A stretch of 64,000 nucleotides of DNA, taken from contig NC_043000.1 in NCBI RefSeq assembly GCF_006345805.1, positions 138,942,001 to 139,006,000 of the forward strand, read 5' to 3'. The position numbers and the translations under genes were made by a program. Position 1 is the stretch's first letter; each line of letters opens with the position of its first letter. The notes beneath the pieces are model-generated. The model made no database searches, had not been told where the DNA came from, and worked only from the letters and a program-made list of their open reading frames with translations. The DNA comes from Octopus sinensis. Its lineage: Eukaryota. Positions 52,480 to 64,000 of the stretch are shown here, one piece after another.

Positions 52480-53236
52480 AGCAATATCTGGCAAATATGG
52501 TGGGTGGGGCATCATTTCCCATTCAAACTGCTCCATCCTTTGGAATGTCATCCTTGCTGCATGTGGCCAAGCATTACCTTGATGGAAGAACACCTTTCAT
52601 CTTCAAACCAAAGATGGTCTCTTTTCTTCTAGCACTGACTTGAATGACTGGTTGAATGACCAAATTCAGGCTTATCTGCTAGTTCCTCAATAGTTACAAT
52701 GGGATTTCATTTCACCAGGGTGTTACACATTCATATCTATGTGTATACGTGTGTAGAATACATCCCCACTTTTGGCACTATTTGTTAGTGAACAGTACGA
52801 ACTGTGTTTTTAAGTAAACAGTATTACTATGCTGTGTCTAACGATATATAGGTGTCGCTGCGCTGAAAGTAGTGCAGTTCATGTAACATGGAAAAGTAAA
52901 TAAACACGTAAAAGAATAACTATGCTTCGTATTGAGTTGTCTATCCCATTACAACGAAACTACACATAACATGGTGGCAGCGGTAGATAATTAATTGGAA
53001 ACTGTGCCTTTACAACAAAACAGAAACACAGTTCGTACTGTTCACTAACAAATAGTGCCAAAAGTGGGGATGTATTCTACACACGTATACACATAGATAT
53101 GAATGTGTAACACAGAGTTTGCAGATCTACAGCTCTTCCAAAATTAAGATTGTCTTCTCGGTTGTAGCTTCCTGTTCAGAATTTCAGGAATCACCATTGA
53201 CACTGGCTTACACATATTGTCTGATCTCCATATACT
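52480..53236 (-). pseudogene. mariner transposase remnant split by a MITE
   Basis: FHQGNAWPHAA...MPHPPYLPDIAP (HDNARPH / YSPDLAP motifs); N-terminal remnant at 53118-53236. Confidence 0.8.
52721..53112. mobile_element. MITE with perfect 89-bp TIRs and TGT...ACA ends
   Basis: 52721-52809 is the exact reverse complement of 53024-53112; flanks CAGGG / CAGAG. Confidence 0.9.
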
Positions 53237-53778
53237 CTCTTTACTCTTTTACTCTTTTACTCTTTTTAATATTCTTTGAATTAATATTCTTTGTACTTTC
53301 TGTTGTGTTGTTGCCTTTATTGAACCCAATAAAGCAAAATATGCTGAATATGCTCTTCTGTCACTTCCATTATAGCTTTGAAAAAATAACTGTTAAAATT
53401 CAGCTGCACTCTTCAAAAGTTGCACTAAGAATAAGGACAAAGTAAAATTACTACCAGCTTTTATAGCAAGTTGATGCAATAAGTTTATCCACCCCTCTTA
53501 CTTTTAGTTCACGTGATTGAGAAAAACACATTACTTATGAGATGACCCAATAGTGAGAAAGTTTTAACAACTGGTGTATTCTCAAGTAACATAATAAAAG
53601 GAGAAATTCTGAATATGAAAATTTCGTCTGTATTTCTCCAATGTAATTTGGGGATTAAAACACATGCACACACACACACACACACACACAGACACACTGT
53701 TGCCATCATGACCACTACCATCATCATTGTCATCATCATCATAATCATCATCATTTAATGTCTATTTTTCATACTGGT

Positions 53779-54015
53779 ATCATCATCATCATTGTTCGAC
53801 CGTGGTCGAGACAATGGAATTTACCATGCTACGCCAGACTTCATGGTCCATCATGGCATTACGGAGGTCCTGTTGCTGGATGCCTGTATCCCTGGAGATT
53901 ACATCAGGGTAGGAGAGTGTGCGCCCTCTGGCATTGCGAGTAGATGGCTTCCAGAGGAGGAGAGTAGAAATTACCTCTTTTTCAGCTCTACAACAATGTC
54001 CAGCAAACTGGCATG
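53779..54015 (-). mobile_element. RTE-group LINE 3' end
   Basis: FAGHCCRA...LLLWKP...GRTLSYPDVISRDTG...AMMDHEVWR; (GAT)n tail. Confidence 0.75.
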
Positions 54016-54289
54016 GATTGAATGCTTCGACAGGAGCTGACAAACCAGAGAGCTGCATAAGGCTGCAATTGTCTGTTTTGGTAAAGTTTCTTTGGCTGGA
54101 TGCCAGTTCTACTGACAAGCATTTTACAGAGTGTACTTGGTGCTTTTTGCGTGGTGCCAGCAGAGATGCTTTATATGTCGCACCAGCACAGGTGCTTTTT
54201 ACATGTAAGTAGCATGGGTGCTTTTATGTGGCACCAGCCTAGATGCTTTTTATATGGCACTAGCACCTGTGGGGATATCAAGTAGCTTA

Positions 54290-55170
54290 CAAAACAAGGA
54301 CTTCTGTAGAAGTCGGTAGGTTGTGACTTGAGCCAAGACTTTACCTTGGAAATAAGTTCGTCATCATCTGAAAGGTACTTCCCCTTCATGGTTGGAAAGA
54401 GATGGAAGTCAAATGAAGCAAGGTCAGGAGAGTAATGAGGATGAGCAAGGATTTCATAACCACAGGAGTGTGCTTTCATCTGGGCAACATATGTATTGTA
54501 AACTGGGGTGTTGTCTTGGAGTGGGTAGACTCCTTTGGTCAGCATGCCATACCTCTCTGCTTTGATGGTGTCTCACAATTTCTGCAGCAGAGAAGCATAA
54601 AATTCTCCATTAATTGTGGTGCCCTTTGCCAGAAAACCTGTCGTCCCTTCTCTGTGCTGGTCCTGAAAGACTGAGCATCACCTTGCCTGCTGAGGGTTGA
54701 GCATGAGCTATCTTTGGAGGCGATGAGTAATCATGCTTTCATTGCTTCGATTGAACATTAGTTTCAGGATCATAGTGATGAGCCCATGTTACATCCTGTG
54801 GTGATAAGTTTGCCAAAAACTCTTCCCTATTTTCTTGGTACATTGCCAAAAGAGCCTGGGAGCAGTTGATTCAATCCTGCTTGTGAAAAGGTGTGAGAAT
54901 CTGGCGAATCCATCATGCAGATAACTTCTGCATGTGCAAATGGTCGTGAATGATTATTTCCAGAGACCCTACACTCGTCTTCATTTCTTCGGCCAGTTGT
55001 CGAATAGTTATGTGATGATCCTCCAGAATGGCAGCTTCCTCTTTATGAATGGTGTCGTCATCAATAAATAAGAGTATTTTCTACTGATGTCCGACCACAT
55101 TTGAACTGGTGATGCCAGTGCTTGACTACATCATATGATGAGGCATCATCACCATTAGCTTCCTTCAAGC
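54290..55170 (-). pseudogene. Second mariner transposase remnant
   Basis: LQDNTPVY...LAHPHYSPDLASFDFHLFP; HHYDPET upstream; multiple disruptions. Confidence 0.8.
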
Positions 55171-55251
55171 TGTAGAAAACATACTAAATCAGACTGGAGT
55201 CTGGTGCAGTCCCTCAGCTTACAAGCCCTGATCAACCCATCCAACCCATAC

Positions 55252-55485
55252 CTATTTCTTTACTACCCACAAGGGGCTAAACACAGAGAGGACAAACAAG
55301 GACAGACAAACGGATTAAGTCGATTATATCGACCCTAGTGCATAACTGGTACTTATTTAATGGACCCTGAAAGAATGAAAGACAAAGTCGACCTCGGCGG
55401 AATTTGAACTCAGAACATAGCGGCAGATGAAATACTGCTAAGCATTTAGCCCTGCGTGCTAACGTTTCTGCCAGCTTGCCGCCCT
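55252..55485 (-). mobile_element. SINE family B
   Basis: Flanked by CCATCCAACCCATACC direct repeats. Confidence 0.85.
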
Positions 55486-55850
55486 TAAACCATCCAACCC
55501 ATACCATCATGGACAACAGATGTTAAATGATGATGCTGATGATGATACATAAATACACAAACACACACACACACACATCAAATATAAATGAGTAACAAAG
55601 ATGTACAGGTGTCAATTCATTACAGCCATTTTAAGTGCCATATTTAATTGATTAATGAAAACATTACAACATTTCAAAGAAACTGTTTTCATCAAATGAC
55701 TGCATAGACTTCATACACAAAAGGACAAATCAACTGCTTGAGATGTACACCTGTACATCTTCGTTGTTCGTTTATATTTTATTCATCTGCCCTGGAATCT
55801 GCACTTCAGAAATTTTATAGAAAGTATTTTGGTATTTTTATATACAGTAC

Positions 55851-56258
55851 AGGTGCAGGAGTGGCTGTATGGTAAGTAGCTTGCTAACCAATCACATGGT
55901 TCCGGGTTCAGTCCCACTGCGTGACATCTTGAGCAAGTGTCTTCTACTATAGCCTCGAGCCGACCAATGCCTTGTGAGTGGATTTGGTAGATGGAAACTG
56001 AAAAAAGCCTGTCGTATATATATATGTATGTGTGTGTGTTTGTGTGTCTGTGTTTGTCCCCCTAGCATTGCTTGACAACCGATGCTGGTGTGTTTACGTC
56101 GCCATCACTTAGCGGTTTGGCAAAAGAAACTGATAGAATAAGTACTAGGCTTACAAAGAATAAGTCCTGGGATCGATTTGCTCGACTAAAGGTGGTGCTC
56201 CAGCATGGCCACAGTCAAATGACTGAAACAAGTAAAAGAGTAAAAAGAGTAAAAGAGT
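55851..56258 (+). mobile_element. SINE family A, full length
   Basis: Match to the family. Confidence 0.9.
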
Positions 56259-56727
56259 AGTACATGTCTGAACAATCAATAGCAGATCTTTTCACTGAAT
56301 TGGGTTGTGTTATCTGCATACACTGCAATAATATCAAGTGCAAACACTTCTACGCAGAGTTTGGTTTTCACCTGATATTGTTTGGGTGTGCAAATTAGAT
56401 TGACCTAACAAGATGCCTTAATCTAAGTACTTAATTCAACAGAATCTTAATTATATTTCTATAAATATACATATATATATACATATTCTTGTTCCAGTCA
56501 TTTGACTGGGGCCATGCTGGAGCAGCAGGACTTATTCATTGTAAGCCTAGTACTTATTTTATAGGTATCTTTTGCTGAACCACTAAGTTATGGGTACATA
56601 AACACACCAGCATCGGTTGTCAAGTGATGTTGGAGGTCAAGCACAGACACACAAGCATATACACACATGTACATACATACATATATATATACATACATAT
56701 ATATATATACATATATATATTCTTAAA

Positions 56728-57045
56728 GACTCCGCCGGTTACGACGACGAGGGTCCCAGCTGATACGATCAATGGAACAGCTTGCTCGTGAAATTAACGT
56801 GCAAATGGCTGAGCATTCCACAGACACGTGTACCCTTAACGTAGTTCTCGGGGATAATCAGCGTGACACAGAGAGTGACAAGGCTGACCCTTTGAAATAC
56901 AAGTACAACTCATTTTTGCCAGCTGAGTGGACTGGAGCAACGTGAAATAAAGTGTCTTGCTCAAGGACACAACGCGTCGCCGGGAATCGAACTCACAACC
57001 TTACGATCATGAGCCGAATGCCCTAACCACTAAGCCACGCGCCCT
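56728..57045 (-). mobile_element. tRNA-derived SINE (body Y plus tail 1)
   Basis: On -: TGGCTTAGTGG...GTTCGATTCCC head. Confidence 0.85.
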
Positions 57046-57079
<34 letters not shown>

Positions 57080-57086
<7 letters not shown>

Positions 57087-58714
57087 TATTCGAGACAAAA
57101 CCACTATTTTGCAAAACAAACAAGGAAAGACTTAATCAATACATAAAATTTTAATAAATAGTCAAAAAAACCGCCACTACAATCGTTTCTTGTCTTGATC
57201 GACAATCTTCAGGTGGACTTCCAATCTAAAAAATCAATATTTTAAAATATAGAAATAATAATTTTAAAATAATTAAAGTATGAATGAAAAAATATAAGTA
57301 TATAATCCATATATAACCTATCTATAATCCATATATAAACAATATATAAACAATATATAAACTAAAAAAACCTATCAACAATTAAATATAAAATATAAAA
57401 TAAAATATAAAATATAAAATATAAAATATAAAACAAAACAAAAAAATAATAATAATATAATAATAAACTATATATACACCCATACGCATATACCTAATTA
57501 TATATAACCATATCTAACTACATACACTAAATCACACACCTATATATATATCCCTATACATACACATAAAAATGTCTAGGCAACTATAAATAAATAAAAT
57601 AGCTAAATACTTCAACACAATACTTATTCATACTCCCACACACACACACATACAACCCACATTCACGCTCTAGAAAACGGACATCACTCAAAACTATGAA
57701 CGGAGAAATGGAATAAATGGAATTAAAAATTATATACACTTGGTAAAACGAACACTACTTAAAAATTATGAATGAAACAATGCAATAAAACAACAGACAT
57801 CGCAAATAGACACAAATTACTACAAATTCCTTATCAAACCTACCATGATAACCAAAACTCATAAAAACATATAATGATAAAATCTCCCTTTACTAAACTC
57901 TATAACAAACATGTGTATAAGTCGTGGGTCTGTGGTTTACGAGTGTGTATTTGTGTGTGAATGTTTAGGGGGATTACTATATAGGTTTGTTATAGAGTTT
58001 AGCAAAGGGAGATTTTATCGTTATATGTTTTTATGAGTTTTGGTTTATCATGGTTATTTTAGGGAATTCGTGGTAATTTGTCTATTTTCGATGTTGGTTG
58101 TTTTATTACATTGTTTCATTCATAATTTTTGAGTGGTGTTCGTTTTGCCACGTGAATAACCGGGTTTTCTTTTATCTGAACTCCAATTAGAAAATCTTAA
58201 GATAGAGGGTGGTTTATATAGAGACGATCTTCTACTAGTTACAAAGAATTGTACTAATAGAAATCTAGAAGTATTTAAGAAAAAACTATATAGTTTCTTT
58301 AAAAGATATGGTTTAAGTATTACTATATATAAGGAGAATTATAATGTTAATTATTTAGATGTTAATTTTAATCTTATTACAGGTAAAACACAACCATATC
58401 ATAAACTTAATGAGAACCTTAGATATAAATGTTAATAGTAATCACCCATTTTCTATTAAAAAATCGTTGATTAATAACATAAGTAAACGTATTTCATTAC
58501 TCTCTTATGATATAGAGATTTTTAATAAACATGCTAATTATTATAATGAGGCCCTTAGAGGGGCAGGTTATAATAGGAATATTAAATTTTATAATATTAG
58601 TGATAAAGATTTAATTGTTAATTTTCGAGATACTTCTAATAATAATTATAATTTTGTTAGGTTTAGTGGTAAAAATAATAGATATTTTAAAAAAAAATAA
58701 TAAAAATGATAAAA

Positions 58715-58750
<36 letters not shown>

Positions 58751-58870
58751 TATAATAATAATAATATAAATAAGAATAATATAAATAAAAATAAATTTAA
58801 TAATTATTATAATAATTATATTGATAAATTTAATAATATTAATAATTCCTTAAATGCTGTACATAGATAT
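57080..58870. mobile_element. Penelope-like element with inverted pseudo-LTR arrangement and RT fragment
   Basis: Inverted arms at about 57737-57910 and 57985-58154. The + strand 58163-58590 encodes GFLLSEL...GGLYRDDLL...VNYLDVNFNL...(frameshift)INVNSNHP...ISKRISLLS...YNEALRGAGY. Confidence 0.8.
57174..57216 (-). ncRNA. Type-I hammerhead ribozyme with intact core
   Basis: On -: CCAC-CTGAAGA-TTGTC gatcaa GACAA-GAAA-cgattg-TA-GTGG; stems I and II are perfect. Confidence 0.85.
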
Positions 58871-58883
58871 AATTCATATATAT

Positions 58884-58955
<72 letters not shown>

Positions 58956-58961
58956 CATATA

Positions 58962-61900
58962 TCTCTCTATATATAAACGGCAGTTTGTCTGTGCGTGCTT
59001 CTGTGTGTCTGTTTTCTCGTACCCTCACCCTGACCACGGCTTTCAACCGATTCTGATGAAACTTGACACACACATAGCCCAATGTCATAATTCAAAACTA
59101 ACGCAGCGAAAATTTTGAAAAGTTCCCCCAGTTCTGAAAAAAATTGATAAATTCGACATGGGGTCGAGAATCATAAACACGAACCACAGACTGTCTAGGG
59201 GACGCAACTCGAGAATCTAAGCTTTTTTTATGCAACGCATTATCTATGGTAGTTTTCACAACTTGCAATCGATTTTCACCAAACTCATGGTGAAGCTTAA
59301 TGTTACCCTGAGAAACTCAATTCTGACGTTAGTTTTCCATGCAATACCTTACCATCAGAAACAATCGATAAAATCATGCCATTTTGGGAAATCGCGTTCA
59401 AATTCAAGATGACATATTTTCGACAATATCTTTCACAAATTGGCAGGAATCTTTTTTTTTTTCACAACGAGCATCATGTCTGCTCCAAGGAGCTATATAG
59501 CCCTTTTTATTCCAATAGGATACATTATTGGAAAAAATCGGTTAATTTAATCATATGTGGCACACATAGCAAACAAATTTGTGTATTAAACACAAACCAG
59601 ACTGTCTAGGGGACGCAACTTGACCTTTTTAGCTATCGATAATTCGATCCAACCAATTCCTACCAGGAAGAAATTACATTCGAGGCTTTACCCCCAACAC
59701 CGCCACTTCTGCTAATAGCTGCTGCAGCCGCAAGTTATTCGAATACTTTTTTTGTTTAAACTTTCTTTATAACTACCACCCCAAACGTTTTACCTTCAAT
59801 TTTTGACGTACCCTAACGGTCCTCGGACGCTACTTGCAAACTCTTGGTTTATTATAAACCACTTTTGTCGTGTGCATCAAAAAACTTTTCCTTTCGTTTG
59901 TTCAGTTTGATCACTTTTGACTTCTTCGTTGTTGTCACTCACATTGCTGCCAGCTTTTTGGCCGTTTTTGTACATTTTTATACATTTTCGGATACTTACC
60001 CCACGAGCTCCTTTTTATTACACCTTTACCAAACACATTGCTATCCACCAAAATACTTACCCCACGTGTTCCTTTTTATTATACCTTTGCCAAACACATT
60101 GCTATCCACCAAAATGCCACCCAAGAAGAGAAGGACCCTCCTCAGCCCTCGGACGGCCAAGGCATCGGCTGCTAGGGCTAGAAGGGCACGCGAGACCCAC
60201 GAGGAAACCGCCTTGCGCCTCTCGCAAACAGCTTCCCGTTATGCCGCTGCTCAGGCATCTGAAACTACTAGCGACTGTTCTACCCGACTTGCAAGGGTCG
60301 CAGCGTACAGATCTTCCCTCTGCTCGAGGTTGAGGAAAGAGCAACAGTCCAGCCAAAACATGCGGGCTTCTTACTGTGCTTCCATCCGCAGAGCTCGCGA
60401 GAACCCCGAACAAAGGGCCATTCGGAATGCGGCTAACGCCACTAGCACCGCCAGGACACGATCTGTCGAAACCTCACAGCAGAGGAGAACTCGCCAAGAT
60501 GCTGACGCCGCAAACAAAGCCATGGCCAAAGCTGCCGAAACACCTCAACAGAGGAGAGCTCGCCAAGCTGCTAACGCCGCAAACACAGCCAGGGCTCGAT
60601 CTGCCGAAACTCCACACCAACGGACTATTCGGACATCCAGACATGCCATTAACACTGCTTCTGCTAGGGCTTCAGAGGGTGCTGAGGCGAGAGCTGAAAG
60701 GCTTTCAAGGGATGCCACTGCTACCGCTGTCGCACGTGCATCTGAATCTGCTGAGGCACGGTGCACTCGACTTGAGAGTATCAACAAACGTCGGATATCA
60801 TTCGTGGTGTACGTACCCCTGCCCCCGCTTTCTGGTTGTCACTAGCATTCAACTACGACGCCACAATTAACTTCTCTTTGCGTGACGACATCAAGATAGG
60901 GTCAATGACAATTGTATGCCAGTTTTGCAAAGCCAAGAAATGGCCCGGAGAGCCACCTGGTTTGTGCTGCTCTGGTGGCAAAGTGGACCTGCCACCCCTA
61001 CGGGAACCACCTCAACCACTGAAGGATCTCGCGGCGGGTTTAACCCCCGATTCGTCACAATTCCTTGAAATAATTCGAAAGTACAACTGCTCATTCCAAA
61101 TGACCTCTTTCGGGGCCAAAATTCTGCCAGAGAAGGCTGGATGCCTACTTTCAAAGTGCAGGACAGGTCTACCATCTTATTGGGTCACTTCTGCCAGACG
61201 AGATTCAGCAGTCTTCTTTCCTCCAAATATACTTCATTGCCGACTACAACCACCAGGTTGATGCACGCCTTGGAATAATACCGGGTACAAGCTATGTTCC
61301 CCGCAAAGACATTCTTCTCCGTCTCCAAACCATGCTTCATGATATCAACAGCTACGTCTGCAGCTTCAGATATGCCTTGGACAGTGCTCCATCTCCAAAC
61401 TTCACCGTTGTCATTGATGCTGATAAACGACCCCACGGGGAGCACGAACGCCGTTTCAACGCACCTGCGTGCAACGAATTGCCGCAGTCATACACGGAGA
61501 GCAACACAACAGCCGTGACATAATCATCTCCTCCCGTGGTAAAACCTACACAGGATCAGCGAGACTCACAGATCTTATGACGCGCTTCAGTATCCATTGC
61601 TTTTCCCTTATGGGGAAGACGGCTACCACTTCGGAATTCCTTTACGGCAGCCCTCCAATCAAACTACTGCGGCATCAAAGACGGTTTCCTGCAGGGCGTT
61701 CTACTCATACCGGTTCATGGTCAGGGAGGGTGAGTTCAACTTATTGCCCCGTTGTCGTCAGCTATTCAACCAGTTCGCCGTCGACATGGCCGCAAAAATG
61801 GAATCGGAAAGGCTGCTATACATTAAACTTAATCAGACCAAACTTCGCTCCGACTCCTACATTCATCTCCGTGACGGTTTGCAACAAGAAAATGACCCTC

Positions 61901-64000
61901 GCAACATCGGCAAGCCATGCATTCTACCCTCCACCTTCACGGGAGGACCGCGATATATGCGTGAAAGGACCCAAGACGCCTTGGCCTACGTGCGCATTTA
62001 CGGCCGGCCGGACCTCTTTATCACCTACACGTGCAATCCCAGCTGCGACGAAATCACTCGCGAACTCCTCCCGGGTCAATCTCACACCCATCGACACGAC
62101 ATCGTTGCTAGGGTTTTCCGTCTGAATTTGGGCAAAATGAAGGATTTGATAGTTAAGGGTCAGATTTTCGGGCATGTCAGGTGCCACATGTTTTCGGTCG
62201 AGTGGCAAAAGAGGGGCTTGCCACATGCTCACATCTTAATTTGGCTCACTCATAAAATCGAGACTAATGACATTGACAAATTCATTTCCGCCGAGATTCC
62301 TGACCCCGATGAGGACTCCGGACTCTACGAAATTGTCCGCACTACCATGGTACACGGGCCCTGTGGACCAAATTACGCCAACACACCATGCTACAAAAAC
62401 GGATTAGCTGCTCAAAGGGATTCCCTAAACGGTTCACTTTGGAGACTCAAACAGGCGGCGATGGGTATCCGCTGTACAAACGAAGGAGTCCAGCCAATGG
62501 AGGCCGCACGATTACGGTTGGGCAACATCAAGTGGACAACAGCTACATTGTCCCCTACTGTCCTCTCCTGTCGAAGATATTCAAAGCCCACGTCAACGTT
62601 GAGTTCTGCAGCTCCATCAGGTCAATACAATATGTCTGCAAATATATCAACAAAGGCAGCGATGCTGCCATGTTCAGCATCCAGAGGACCACCAGTCGCG
62701 ACGAAGTGTCCAACTACTTGGCTGGCCGGTACCTCAGCAGCAACGAAGCGTTTTGGCGCATTTACGGCTTCCCGCTCCATCAGAGACACCCGGCTGTGGT
62801 GCAGCTTGCTGTACACTTGGAAAATGGACAGCGGATTTACTTCACAGAGCAAAGTGCTGTGCAGATAGCCACCAGCCCTAAAGACACAACGTTGACTGGT
62901 TTCTTCAAATTATGCCAACGTGATGACTTCGCTCGAACGCTTTTGTACCCACAGGTCCCATCGTACTTCGTGTGGTCTAAAAACACCTGGGTTCGACGGA
63001 AATCCGGCAAAAACGTCGAAAGCTTCCCAGGCGTCAAGTTTGACTCCTGTCTGGGTCGAGTTTACAACATCCCGCCAAACCAGCAAGAATGCTTCTACCT
63101 CCGTCTCCTTCTACATGAGGTCACTGGTCCAACAGGTTTCGCCAATATACGTACCGTCAATGGGGTTCTGTGCGACACCTTCAGGGAAGCATGTATGAGA
63201 CTTGGCCTTCTAGAGGATGACTCCCAGTGGGACGCCACGATGGCAGAGGGTGCTTTACTGCAAACGCATTCGGCCCTACGACATCTTTTCGCAATCCTTC
63301 TTCAAAAATGTCAGCTTAGTGATCCACTAAGTCTCTGGATGAAATACAGGGATGACATGTCGCACGACTTCTTACGTACGGCTCAGCAACACTGCCCTTC
63401 CGCCGAGATCACGTTCACCAACTTCATTTACAATTTTGCGCTCATTCAACTCGAAGACGCTGTCATCGATATGGGTGGGTCTGCTTTAACAGAGTACGGC
63501 CTTCCACCACCCACACGTGAACACGCCAATGTTATGTCTGCTGAATTGTTACGCAAAACTTCCTACTGCATTGAGGAACTGCACCAGTACGTCCAGATAA
63601 TGAACCACGCGGCTGCTTCCAGACCAGCGCATAGCCTACAACACCATCGTAGACTCTGTCAGACAGCAACGTGGGGGGATTTTCTTCCTTGATGCACCCG
63701 GCGGCACTGGCAAAACCTTCGTCACTAAACTAATTCTGGCAGAGGTCAGACGCAACACGGACATTGCCCTGGCTGTAGCTTCCTCTGGTATCGCGGCCAC
63801 GTTGCTTCCGGTGGCAGAACCGCCCACTCTGCCTTCAGACTCCCGCTCGATCTGGCAAAGTCCGAGTCACCTATCTGCAACATCGCCAAGAACTCAGAAC
63901 AGGCCGACATTCTGCGCAGATGCAAACTCATCGTATGGGACGAGTGCACTATGGCACACAAAGGCGCCCTTGAGGCACTGGACAGGTCCCTGCAAGACAT
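58962..64000 (+). mobile_element. Autonomous-type Helitron (continues beyond the window)
   Basis: A|TC 5' end shared with 2533-2971; encodes RepHel. Confidence 0.95.
60114..64000 (+). pseudogene. Helitron RepHel (HUH Rep nuclease plus PIF1 helicase), frameshifted
   Basis: MPPKKRR start; 23-aa ET..QR repeats; CQFC..CC zinc finger; PDLFITYTCNP; VEWQKRGLPHAH; YVCKYINKG; Walker A DAPGGTGKT (about 63690); SSGIAATLL; Walker B IVWDE. Confidence 0.93.

Overview
AT-rich, repeat-saturated eukaryotic DNA with no recognisable host gene. The SINE repertoire and microsatellite load suggest an octopus or other coleoid cephalopod genome (inference). Nearly all listed ORFs are microsatellite or SINE artefacts. 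All recognisable coding sequence is transposon-derived: a frameshifted but near-complete Helitron RepHel (60114 to the window end), two Penelope-like elements (one with a GIY-YIG endonuclease, one with a YRDD reverse transcriptase), R4/Dong-, RTE-, CR1- and I-type LINE fragments, and mariner and hAT remnants. The window also holds non-autonomous Helitrons, MITEs and several tRNA-derived SINE families. The most striking signal not explained by the ORFs is about 10 minimal type-I hammerhead ribozyme motifs from unrelated sequence families. Three have an intact CUGANGA/GAAA/NUH core, one has a variant CUGUAGA core, and the rest are decayed. Most sit in short non-coding units at (TA)n or (AAT)n tracts, often with inverted junctions, consistent with Penelope pseudo-LTR or retrozyme-like elements. 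All structures and coordinates were read by eye, and repeat boundaries are approximate.
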